A stretch of 64,000 nucleotides of DNA, from assembly GCF_018977255.1 (NCBI RefSeq), contig NW_024704870.1:1-64000 (forward strand), in the 5' to 3' direction. The notes beneath the pieces were generated by a model. The model was not told the origin of the DNA and ran no database searches. It saw only the letters and a list, made by a program, of their open reading frames with translations. Positions 25,280 to 36,909 of the stretch are shown piece by piece. The DNA is from Callorhinchus milii (lineage: Eukaryota). How positions within the stretch are numbered: position 1 is the stretch's first letter; each line of letters starts with the position of its first letter. The position numbers and the translations under genes were made by a program.

Positions 25280-25564
25280 ATCCGCTCCATAAACCCAACG
25301 TATCCCTGAAGCCAGACTCCCGTGTGGTGGTGAAGGGGGAAAGCGCTGAGATCTCATGTTCTGGGGATTATCCTGGCAGCAACTTCTCTTTATACAGAGA
25401 CGGCGAGTTTATAGCATCACAATCAGCTCCAGAGAATAGCAATACAGCAACATTCACCCCTTCGGTGATCATTGCAGGAAATTACTGGTGCAAATATGTT
25501 GCACACATAGACGGCCGAGAGTTCAAATCACCAGCAAGCGAGCGAGTGAGAATCTCTGTGTGGG
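25280..25564 (+). CDS. SRCR-Ig receptor exon 4: C2-type Ig domain 1
   Basis: (D)PLHKPNVSLKPDSRVVVKGESAEISCSGDYPGSNFSLYRDG...ATF...AGNYWCKY...SERVRISVW. Acceptor ttattccAG, donor GTAAGA, phase 1/1. Confidence 0.92.
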
Positions 25565-26494
25565 GTAAGAGCGAGTGTCTGGACTGTCTTGCTAATGACT
25601 ACTCACTGCCCCCTTGTATCCAATCACAGTGAACACAGCCTGTTAACCCCATCCACACTTGTGTTCCACACGCTCTGTGACACGAGTCTCTCCCCATTCC
25701 TCCCTCACTCCACACATTCTATTGATCCTTCCCTCCCTTCTCCCCTCACACTCCGTTCTACGCACCCCCACATCCTTTATTACACACGCCCTCCCTCCCG
25801 CAGCCTTCCTCCCAAAACTCGGTCCTCACTTCCTCGCACATCTTATATTCCCCTCTCCCCAACTTCATCCCTTTCTCCATATCCTCTATTCCACTCTCAA
25901 CCACTCCCTATCTCCCACACTCTCTACTCCCTCTCCGTCACTCTTTCGCTCCTCCATTCCACACCCCCTGATGCTACATCCCTCCACATACTCGATCCCT
26001 CACGTCCCCTGCCTCACCAAATCTCTATTCCCCTCAACCTCCAATGAAGGTCCGGCTTCCTATTGAATGTATCTAGAATATATCTGATTCCCCGCCAGCA
26101 TTAGGCAACAAGTCCCTCCATCTCACTCCCCTCAGTGTGACGTAATTACTGCTAACTTCTCCGTTTGACCCGCTGGTTGCGATCTTATCCTTTTGTTTAA
26201 AAAGACGTCTCAAGTTAACACGAGCAGTTCAGAATGAGTTCCCGTCCTCCCGTTCGTGCCTGGTGCTGTGTGCTACATCTGTCCACTGCACCTAACCCCG
26301 AACCATTGCTCCGCCTCTGTCTGTGTAAAGAAACACGAACCGGGGTTTGCCCTAAACCTGACCCTCAACCCTTCCACCTTGTCCCGACGCCACCTCAACG
26401 TTTAGAAACAAGCAAATGGTCATTTTTACTCAAACTTGACCTGTGTTCATATCACGAGTGTCTGTGAGATTATATTTATGTGTTTTAATTCCAG

Positions 26495-26779
26495 ATCCGA
26501 TACGAAAACCCACCATTTCCCTGATGCCAGATTCGTTGGTGTTTGTTAGAGGGGAAAACGCTGCGATCTCGTGTTCTGGGAATTATCCTGGAAGCAATTA
26601 TTCTTTGCATCGAGAAAGCGAATTTGTGACATCAAAACCAGCTCCAGAAAATAACAAAACGGCCACATTCACCCCGTCGGAGATCATTGCAGGAAACTAC
26701 ACGTGTAAATATACAACAAATATAGACGGACGAGATTTCACATCAGCAGAGAGCAATCGAGTCGGAATCTCTGTGTGGG
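26495..26779 (+). CDS. SRCR-Ig receptor exon 5: C2-type Ig domain 2
   Basis: (D)PIRKPTISLMPD...GENAAISCSGNYPGSNYSLHRE...AGNYTCKY...GISVW. Acceptor aattccAG, donor GTAAGA, 285 nt. Confidence 0.92.
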
Positions 26780-27806
26780 GTAAGATCTGGAGCCTGGACT
26801 CTCTCACCAATGGTCAGTCACTGCCCCCTAGTGTCCAGTCACCTCGATTACAGCACACCTCCGCCCCATCCTGCACTGTCTTTATCGAACCATAGAATGA
26901 TACAGCCCAGAAGGAGGCAATTCAGTCCATCATATCAGTGTCGACTCTTTGAAAAGGACCACTCGATTCAATCCCAATCCCCCGTTTCTCTTCTATCTCT
27001 GGAAACTTTGCATCCCCAAATAATTATCTTCTTTCACTCGATTTTTTGACAAGCGTCAGTCCCCGTTCCTACCTTCTTTCCTTCAGCTGACTACCTATTT
27101 TCCTACTACAACAAGCTCCCTCATCCTCACTTCCTCCAACTACCTCTATGCCACCCTCTGTCCCACATTTCTCATAAACTCCATACCATAATATACTCCC
27201 ACACACTCATTGACTCCCACACCCTTTATGACTCCCAATCCGACTGTTTCTCTGTCCCAAACCCTGGCTCCCTCCCAAATTTTCTATTGCTCTCTCCCTC
27301 ATTCTATCCCACAAGCCGTCACCCTTCAAAACCCTCTCTTCTCCTATCCGTCATGCGAAGGTCTCACTACGTGTTGAATGTATTTACACTATCTGATTAA
27401 ATTCTAGTTTCAGGCAGTGAGTTCCATCATATCAATTCCCACTGTGTGAAGCCCCTGCTTCTCAATTCTTTGTTGGATGCCCTGTTCTAAAGTGCTATTT
27501 TAAAAAACGGCTGAAGATCGCACGCGAGGATCAGACTGAAATCCCGTCCTCCCTTTCCAGGCTGGAACTCTAAGTTTCCCAGCCCTCTTTGGTCACTCCG
27601 CTCCCAGCGATTCCTCCCCCTCCCTCTGTGAAAAAAAAACCCTACCTTGTGTCTGTCCTGTGCCTGTCACTCAACCCCTCCCAATCGTTCTGACGCCTAC
27701 TCAAGACTGAGAATCAAGCAAATGGCAACAATTACTGTGACCTGAAGTGTTTTCATCCCACAGAGCGAGTCTGTGTGAGATTGTCTTTGCATTGTTTGAA
27801 TTCCAG

Positions 27807-28094
27807 ATCCGCTGCAGAAACCCAACATTTCCCTCAAGCCAGATTCCCGGGTATTTATGAGCGGAGAAAGCGCTGAGATCACGTGTTCTGGGAATTATCA
27901 TGGCAGCGATTTCTTTTTATACAGAGACGACGTGTTAATCACATCAATAACCGCTCCTGTGTGTAAAAACACTGCCACATTCACCCCATCGGAGACCAAG
28001 GCAGGAAACTACACGTGTATATATATTACATATATAAACGGACGACAATTCACACCACCAGCGAGCGAGCGAGTGGGAATTTCTTTGTCGGCGG
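27807..28094 (+). CDS. SRCR-Ig receptor exon 6: C2-type Ig domain 3
   Basis: (D)PLQKPNISLKPDSRVFMSGESAEITCSGNYHGSDFFLYRD...PVCKNTATF...AGNYTCIY...GISLSA. Acceptor aattccAG, donor GTAAGA. Confidence 0.92.
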
Positions 28095-28965
28095 GTAAGA
28101 GCTCAATAAAATCTCACAAATTTATCTGTTTGCATTTTGACCATTTAGAATATCTTCTGTTGTAACCGCACTTTGCACCAGCGATCATATTTGCATATTA
28201 TCTCCTGATGTTGGCTGGAGTGTTTGACCCAGGCGGAAACCCATCCCCGCGATGAAAGTTTCCAAATCCTAACTCCCGAGCGATCCCCACACGGCTGAAC
28301 ACTCCGTCCTTTTCCCAGAGGGAGAGACGCGAGTGTTCAACATAATCGTCGTCACATTTAGTGTTTCTTTTTTTCTTCGAGGCAATATTTGTTCAGCCCA
28401 GGTTTTCCTGTTACATATCAGCTGTCACTTATTCAACCATACCACACAGCTGGTCATTCAGCACAAACTAGTACACAAACCCTTCCTCTCTAGCGAGGAT
28501 CACCCGATCGAGTTGACTCCAGAAATTAAGTCAAGTCGAAGAATCCGAGCTCCTAGTGACCAATCTTCTACTCAATCTCTTGCCGATGGGACAGGCTGGA
28601 CTGTTGTGCCATCAGCAGTACCCTGCAATATTGCAGATCCGGCTGGCTCTAGGATTCGACTGGAGACCACCATCAAGTTTTTGACTCGAGTGCGATCTTT
28701 CACAGCTTGGCAGGTCACAGGCGCAGAACCCAAAGAGAATCTGCCCAGCTCCCCTTCCCAGAGATAGGGAGCGAGAGATTTTTCTCTTGAAGACAGACTA
28801 TGGGAACTTGGATTTTTTCATTGCAACAGACAAACCTTTGGTTTCCATAGCACTTTCATATCAAGATGTGAACAAACCTGAGTTTGCTCTTAAAAATGAT
28901 GAACTATTCCCCCATATTAGCTCTTCAAAGTCGTCAAATTACTGTTTCTCAATTTCTCTCTCCAG

Positions 28966-29064
28966 CAAACTGTACCGAGAAGCATACTATCGGACTGGCT
29001 TTGGGGACTTTCACCGCGATCGTGATCACTTTGTTTATAGTGGGATTCTGCGTGTATAAGAAAG
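28966..29064 (+). CDS. SRCR-Ig receptor exon 7: short stalk plus transmembrane segment
   Basis: (A)NCTEKHTIGLALGTFTAIVITLFIVGFCVYKK. Acceptor tttctctctccAG, donor GTAAGT, phase 1/1. Confidence 0.88.
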
Positions 29065-30390
29065 GTAAGTGGACAGTAATGCCAGTGCATATAGTTTACA
29101 ATTAATGGGAATAAAGGAAGTGAATTGACAGCAATAGAACTAACCACTGTGTATTGATTTTTTCTGTTGTATCCGTGAGGGCAGATGGGGACCTGAGCAC
29201 AAAGATACCAAATCAGTGTTCTGTGTTTAACAACTCATTTATTATTGGGAGAGATCAGATAGCATCATGATTCCGGGTTAGAAAGACATGTCACCGAATA
29301 TATCAGCACAATCGGTAATGGGCAGTTCCATACTTAATTTAGGCTACATGACATTATAGGCTGTACTCGAGGATCATCTTGGTTTGTAAGCCCCTGGAAT
29401 TCCTTTCCTCACTACCTTCGCCTCGTCCTCTCTCTCCCTATTTTCAAGTCTGAGCTGAACACAGTTGTTTTCTACCGCACCTTTAGTCACCTTCCTCCCC
29501 CTCCCCTTGGCTCGGCCCCTGGATCCGTTTCTGTGAATCGCTCAGAGACGACGTCCGGCCTGGAATGCGCTATATAAATCCAAGTTACTGTTTTTGTGCT
29601 TTGTTGCTCGAGATAATTGTTAGCTGTACAATGTAGAATCTACTGTAGTTTGAAACTATTGGTTTAATGTTATGTTTTTCCTTCTGTACCAGCGGTAAGA
29701 CCGTTATACTGAGGTCCTAACTGCGTGAACAGGGGGCGCCACAGATTGCAGCAGCATTCGAAAATATAATAGAGATTCTCTCAGTATCAATATCAATCAG
29801 TATCAATAACAACAATACCCAATAATACCCGAAATAAAATTGGTCACTCACTCCATGGATCTTTGTGGGACATGGTGATCAGGCATTGTTTTAAATAGAA
29901 GGATCAGTATTTTGTTATTTTATCTTGGGCGAATCCAATGCCGGAGAAGACTATCTGCAACGACTTTGCTCAGTTACATTCTGCACCAAAAAGCTCATCA
30001 TATTCCATTATAGTCAGCAGATTGTGATTCACAACCAAATGCAATAATATAATAAAATATAATATAGAGTGTATAATAGAATAAACTATAATAATAAATT
30101 GCATCGTGCATTAAGCTGAATAGTAGTAATAATATTAGGCACGGTTCAAATCATGGGTCCTGAGGGGTGAGGGTGGGAGCGGGACTTCTGGGATGTATTT
30201 GGAGAGGGCAGGGCGGAGTTGCTGAAGGGAATCCACCTATGGCAGTAGTGGTTGGAGTGGACAGCTATTGCTAACCATCCCTGTGAAGGGCTTTGACGCC
30301 GGATGTAATGCGGTTATTATCCGTAAAACCACAAAAGTATACAACCAGTGCTAATGACTATTTGACATTTATTACATTTGGTACTTGCAG

Positions 30391-30417
30391 GTAAACAGAA
30401 CAGTCTAAGTGGGATAG
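30391..30417 (+). CDS. SRCR-Ig receptor exon 8: 27-nt cytoplasmic mini-exon ((G)KQNSLSGI)
   Basis: Acceptor ggtacttgcAG, donor GTGAGT, phase 1/1, open frame. Confidence 0.6.
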
Positions 30418-31960
30418 GTGAGTACATGTCCTATACAATCAATGTTCTCCCCTTCCTGCCTTTGCAGGTGCTTCCACCCCCACTGGAGCTCACTATACTT
30501 ATCCCATTCCTGCTCTCACCCCACCGTGTCTGTGCGGCTTCTCGCACCCCACTGGAACTCTCCACTGTAATCCTATTCGTGCTCTTATTCTGAACTGATG
30601 CTCACTCCCACATTCATCGACAAGACGTGGAGAGCAGACAGACACCGGGGGCAAAGATTCCTCCCAATCAGCACCTGTTACCCTGCAAGACAATTCCTTA
30701 ACGGGTAGGATGTTCCTAACACGACAAGCAGTAGAAGCTTGACAGACACACTTCCCAGTGGCAAGCTATGTGGTTTTAGCAGATGAGGCCCCAGCAGTTT
30801 TCCCAATGTACAATTTGAGGACGCCAAACCCTGATTCTCGGCCAGGCTTTGTTTTTTGCCCGTGGTAATTAGTTTGGCAGAGATACTGCACATTCATTAG
30901 AAACGCAGGAATTTCCATGTATAGGATGCATGACTGAAACTCATCGTCTTGCGTGGATACTTGTAACCGTGGTGATATGTTTCAACAAAATCGAATATCT
31001 GGCTAAACTCCGCAATCCAGCTTTTGAAAACACCGTCAGACTTTTCTATTTTTAAAACATCCTGGTGCTTTTTTCCAACGGTAGCACCAGAGACAGAAAT
31101 AGCACAGAAGGCAGCCATTCAAACCCAAGTGTCTGAGCTGTTCATTCAAGTGTAATTCTGTCAGTGCCATTTCCCCGTCCTTCCCGTCAGATGAGAGACA
31201 ATAGTTGGTGGTTAGCCTGTGACAAGCCCAGTTCTGAGTTCTTTAATTATCATCAGTAAAACAGCAGTGAATTCATCGCTCACTCCTCTCTATGCTTTTG
31301 CTCTCAGGACCGTAACCACAGTTGGCGGCCCACAAACCAGCAACATCACATGAGAGGGAATGGCTTCCTAGTTTTGAGCAAAGAGGGAAAGGAGCTGATC
31401 ACAATTGATCCTGGTCAGCCGTGTCCCCGAGTACTGCACACCCATCCGTGATCATGATCCTCCCACAAACAAGAGGCCATTGACCTCTTCGCCTCTCTGT
31501 CTCGCTCTGTCTCTCGCCTTTTCTCTTAGTTTGCGTTTCTGTTTGTCTCCTCTCTGCTTCCCTCTTATTTGGGTAAATCTGTGTGTCTGTCGCTCTCCTG
31601 TCTGCATGTCTGTCTGTGTGTCTTTCTCTGTGCTTGTTTGTGTATTTGTCTGGCTGCAAGAGAGTCAGTGTGTCTGCCTTAATATCGCTTCTCCCAAATT
31701 GGTACAGTTTAAATCCTTCAGATGAGATGACAGATCGAGGTCCCGTCTGCTTTTTCATTAAAGTTGCCGCGTCGCTTTTCAAAAAAGTTAATTTCTCTCT
31801 CCCGGACAACAATCCCTCTCTCGCACACAATCCAGAAGAAAACATTCTTCACACATTGTACTTGTGTTTGTGTGGAAGATGGCCACGGAGGCCTTTCGTG
31901 TTTCACTGACAAAACAGACTGTGACCGCTCCACGTCGTCAATCCTTTGAAACGTTTTCAG

Positions 31961-32262
31961 ATATCTTGATATCAAGATCAGGTGTTATTTCAAACGAAAT
32001 GATTATTAATGTGATACTCCTTCTCTTATAATTACTTTCATGATCATTCATAGCTATTCATTGTAATCAAAGATACCATTAATAATATTGCGGAAAAGTT
32101 ATGTTATTGAATTGTGCTGGTCTTAAACCCGTTTCAGTTTGTTTCAGATGCAACGGTGAGAATTACTCCAGCGATGATAGTTACGGGATCATTGAGCCTA
32201 TGCCCAGGCCCTTATTCAAATTAGCGCAACCCAATGTCAGCCCAGTTCAGAGGCTGTGTTAG
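31961..32262 (+). CDS. Candidate terminal cytoplasmic exons of the SRCR-Ig receptor (structure uncertain)
   Basis: Acceptors at 31960 (cgttttcAG) and 32147 (gtttgtttcAG). The phase-2 reading gives YLDIKI-R-CNGENYSSDDSYGIIEPMPRPLFKLAQPNVSPVQRLC*; the phase-1 reading of the last exon gives DATVRITPAMIVTGSLSLCPGPYSN*. The phase link to exon 8 is unresolved. Confidence 0.25.
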
Positions 32263-33504
32263 CCCAAATCAACCGTGTGTCGGCCTGGCTCAGCCCAGCT
32301 CAGAGGCTGTATCAATTTCGCTCAGGCTAACATGGCTCAACCCAGTTCAAGCGCGTTGTCTCTCTGGCTCAGCCGGCAGCACTGAGCCACAGAGACAAAG
32401 AGCTTGAGCTTAAAAAAGAGCTTGAGCTTGAAAGTCATGCGTTAATCCCCAATGTCGGGACCTTGACAATACTGAGAAAGAGAAGGGAAAATCTCACATT
32501 GTCCTGGCCGAATTTAATTGTTCGCGCATTTCATCAAAATAATAATTATCCTGGCCTTCGATTTAGATCATTTTGCATGATAGGGATATCTTAAGAGCCT
32601 CACAGGATTTATTGCATAGAGGAGTCACAATTGCATAGAGTTTCTGTGCACAATTTGACTGCTGCTTTAGGCTATGGTTATAAAGTTCCTGCAATTGATA
32701 ATACATTTTCTCACCGTGAAAAGCATGTGTGCTTGTGCATGTCTGGCGGTCTGTCTGTTCATGTGTTTGTGTCTGTGTGAGTGGGTCGGTGTCTGCCTGT
32801 TCAACAGTGCTTGTGTGTGTATGTGATTGTGTGTCTGTGTGTGTATCTGCGTATGTTTAAATTCTTCATTCAAACAATGCCATTCCCCTCAGAGGGAACT
32901 ATTAAATGCAAGATGTCCCACTGATCTTTAGCAGATGTGTTAATTGTTGGCCTTTGTGTAAGACGCTGATATCTTCTGCGCCAATCTGGCATGAGGAAAT
33001 ATGAATGAGCCAGGTTGTGAGGAAGATATTGCAGTCTACGCCGCAGACAGAATTTAGGGCCGCGGCTAATAGCCATGAGCTGCTTTCTCTTCCTGTTCTG
33101 CCAACTCATCATCACCCTTATTCATTTCCATCTTCAGTCTGACTTCAATGGGGCGCTCACATCATCTGTCACCCTGACCCAGATAGAGAATGGTTTCGAG
33201 ATTGAGATCGAATGAGTGAGGGAGAGAATGAGTAAGAGAAACAGAGACTGAGTTAGTCTGTGTGAGAGAGAAAGATAAAAAGAGCCTGAGTGAGAGGAGA
33301 GACTGAGAGTGAGAGGTGGAGTGAGAGATTGAGAGACGGAATGAGACTGAATGAGTGAGACTGAGTGACAGGGAGTAATTGAATGAGACTGATCGAGAGA
33401 CTGAGTGAGAGAGAGAAAGTGAGGGAGAGAGAGAGAGAAAAAATGACTGCAACCCAGACTGAGTGAGAGAGAAAGTGGGTGAGTGAGAGTGAAAGAGAGA
33501 GAGA

Positions 33505-36500
33505 TACAACAACAACAAGATTCCATTTATAGAGCGCCTTTCACGTCGGGAGAACGTCCAAAGGCGCTGTACAGTTGGGTGAGGACCCGAGCAAGGAGGA
33601 AATGGTCAGGGTGAGGGGAGAGAAGGGAGGGAGCGAAGACGGGGTAGAGAGTCGAGAGGGGAGCTGAAGGCACGGTCAAAGAGAAAGGTCTTGAGACCGG
33701 CCTTGAAGGAGGAATGGGCGTAAGCAAGGCGAAGGCAATGGGGGATGGAGGCGCAGAGCCTCGGGGCTGAGAGGCTGAAGGCCCGGCCAACGATGGTAGG
33801 GCGGTTGGGGCGGAGGATGTGGAGCGGACCGGACTCAAAGGATCGGAGGGTACGGGCATGTAAGTAGGGGGATAGCAGATCAGAGACGTAGGTGGGAGCA
33901 AGGCCGTGAATGGACTTTTAGGTGAGGATGAGGATCTTGAATTCGATCCTCTGGGGAATGGGGGGTGAGGGGTGAGGTAGTGCCGTAGTCTGGCGACGTT
34001 CCGGCGGTGGTGGAAGGCGGTACCAGTTGTGGCCCGGATATGAGGAAGAAAAGACAGCTCAGGTTCGAACAGAACCGAGGTTCCTGACCGGCTTTGAGAG
34101 GTGGAGAGTGCGGCCTTGGATGTTGATGTTGTCAGCGCCTGAGCTGCGGAGGCGCTAACGTGAGCCAATCAGGAAGGCCTCAGTTTTACGCACGTTGAGC
34201 TGAAGAAAGTTGTCTCTCGTCCAGGACTCGATGTCAGACAGGCAGCTGGTTGTCAGGACATCGGTGGTCGTGGAGTTCAGGGTAGAGGAGGAAAGGTAGA
34301 GATGGGTGTCATCCGCATACATGTGGAAGTTATCCCCATGTCTGCGGATGATGTCACCAAGGGGGAGCATATAGAGGGTGAAGAGGAGGGGACAGAGGAC
34401 AGAGCCCTTAGGGACACCGCATGAGGCAGTGAGGGGGCTGGAGGAAAAGCCGTTTGTGGAAATAAAATGAATACGGTAGGAGAGGTATGACTACTCAAGG
34501 ACAGGGCATTGAAGGTTGAGGTGGGAGGACAAGCGGTGGAGGAGGATAGAGTGGTCGACAGTATCGAATGCTGCCTATAGGTCGAGGAGGACGAGGAGGC
34601 AGAGGGAGCCCTGGTCACAGATGGTCAAGTTGTCATTGGTGACCTTGACCAGGGCGGTTTCTGTAGGATGGGCAGCAAGGAAATCCGACTGAAGGGCTTC
34701 GAATAATGCATAGGTGGAAAGGAACGAGCTCATCTGGAAGCTGACAACTCTTTCTCGGTCCTTGGACAGGAAGGGGAGTTTGGAGATGGGCCGTTAGCTT
34801 GATAGTTGCGATGCATCAAGGGAGAGCTTTTTCAACGTAGGAATGATGATGGCAGTTTTTAGGGGAATGGGAACAGAGCAAGAGGAGAGGGAGAGGTTGA
34901 TGATATCTGTGATAAGTGGGGCAAGGAGGTGGAGCTGAGAGCTAAGGAGTGGAGATGGGGTCAAGGGAGTAGGTAGTGGGTTTCACGGACAAGATGAGTT
35001 TGGTGACAGAGGGTGTGGGAACGGGTTCGAAAGTGCCCAGGCGAGGATGGGTAGGAGTCAGAGTGTGGGAGGGATGGGGTGGGGGGTGGGTGGAAATTAG
35101 TGGGTGAGTGACCGCAGAACGTATTCCCTTGATTTTGGATTCAGGGAAATCCAGCATCTCCTCGCAGTGAAGGATGGAGGAGATGACATTCGCGAGGTGG
35201 TGGGGGGGGACGGAGTAGTTGGGATGTTGTAAAAAACAGAAGGCAGAGGTTGTTCTTCGCCTCCAGAATTATCCTGGAGTAGAAGGACGACTTGGCCGAG
35301 GCTAGAGTGGAGCGGTATATTTGGAAGAGGTCCAGCCAGATTTGTCGGTGGACCGTTAGGCCAGAATTGAGGCAGGTGCTTTCAACAGCCCGCACCTGGC
35401 TCTTCAGTGAGCGGAGGTGGGTCGTGAACCACTGGCAGGAAAGAGAGTAGGAGAGAGTACGAGAGGTGATGTGGGCAAGAGTGTCGAGTGTGGAGGAGAG
35501 GGTGTTGTGGAGGAGGGTGAGAGCAGAAGAGCGGTCAGTGAGGGATGAAGGCCAGAGGGAGAAGTGTTCAGAGGACTTCAAAGCAGCGGTTAGGTATTGT
35601 AGGGGTAACTTCTTCCAGGGGCTGTAGAAGATGGTATTGGGTCTGGTGGAGGTGAGTAGGGGGATGGAGGTGGTGAAGGAGATGAAGTGGTGATCGGAGA
35701 CGGCCATGTCGGTAATGGTGACATCCGAGTCACTGAGGCCCCGGTCGATCACCGAAACGAGTGGGTTGCCGTGACTGTGAGTCGCGGAGTTGATTTGGAG
35801 GGAGAGATTTAGCGAGAAGAGCAGGGATGAGAAGTCCGAGAAGATGGAGCAGAAAGGGGTCAAGTTCAGGCTGAAGTCGCCAAGGATGATGAGGCCATCA
35901 GAGCAGAAGCAGAGAGATGAAAGTAGGGTGGAAATATCGGAGATGAAGATGACGAGGTGAAGAGGATTCAGGGGTCCGTTAAAGGAGGAGGAGTTTGAGT
36001 GAGAGGAAGGAGGAGAGGGTGAGGTGCTGAAAAGAGAGAAAAGAGCCAGAGGAGTAGGGGGATAGGGCAATTGGTGTCCTTGAGCTGAGGGCTACACCAC
36101 CGCCACGGCAGTTGGGGCGAGGGATATGGGTGGAGGTGTATCCGGCCGGTGTGGCCTCCGTGAGGGGGATGGTGTCGCCTGGGGTGAGCCAGGTTTCCGT
36201 TAATGCCATGATGTCAACGCTTTCATTAGTGTGAGATCTTTGATGGCCAGGGCCTTTTTACAGAGGGAGCGGACGTTTTGTAGTCCGATGTGGAGGGAGC
36301 AGTTCACAGAAGGGTGTGTGTGGAGGGAGTGGTCTCCAGGTTGTGAGGCAGGGGTGGGGGGAATGAAAATGGACGGCGAGAGAGGTGGACAGAGTGGTAG
36401 AGATGCAGAAGTGGGAGACTTTGTGGGAAGAGAGGAGGGAGGAGGGAGGGGATGGGGACCTCGGGTCAGAGCGACAGCCATAGTGAGCATGTGCGGACCG

Positions 36501-36901
36501 GGAGTGAGCGATCAGGTTGGTGGCATTAGCCCATACGCTGGGGCTGGGGCAGTCAACCCGACAGGAACATGGTGGGCCCTGTTGACAGCCCCGGGAGGTG
36601 TGGGGGGGGGGGGGGGGGGGGGCGCAGAGGGTTTTTGATTTTCTTTGCGCGCGCACATTCCGGAAACTATACTATGAAATCAGCAGTTCCCCCGCTCCGC
36701 CCCCACAGTCCCCCAACCCCGAGCTGAACTCCCTGCCGCCTCGTGCTTAATGCTACCTGAGAAGGTAGGCCCAGGTTCATCCCCGCGCTGTCCTGCCGCC
36801 GCTCCCCGTGTGGCTGAACTCCCTGCAGCCTCGTGCTTTATACTAAATGAGAAGGTAGGCCCAGGCTCCTCACCGCGCTCTCCTGCCGCCGCTCCCCGTG
36901 T
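33505..36901 (-). mobile_element. Near-full-length degenerate L2 LINE (APE endonuclease + RT)
   Basis: LQNVRSL / MALTETWL / GDF / SDHH endonuclease motifs, PQGSVL-type RT motif, YADD at 34308-34319, (ttg)n tail at ~33505, GC-rich 5' end. Several frameshifts and stops. Confidence 0.92.
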
Positions 36902-36909
36902 TAACCCAT

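Noticed and set aside
28333-28767. 144-aa ORF as a stalk exon between Ig3 and TM
   Set aside because: Its acceptor (28493) is phase 2 for this frame; the required phase-1 reading stops after 7 codons.
29693-29694. Possible 2-nt micro-exon (ccAG|CG|GTAAGA)
   Set aside because: Inclusion would shift exon 8 into a stop; likely overlapping chance splice motifs.
30897-31118. 73-aa minus-strand ORF with protein-like composition
   Set aside because: No recognisable domain or flanking splice signals; compatible with chance.
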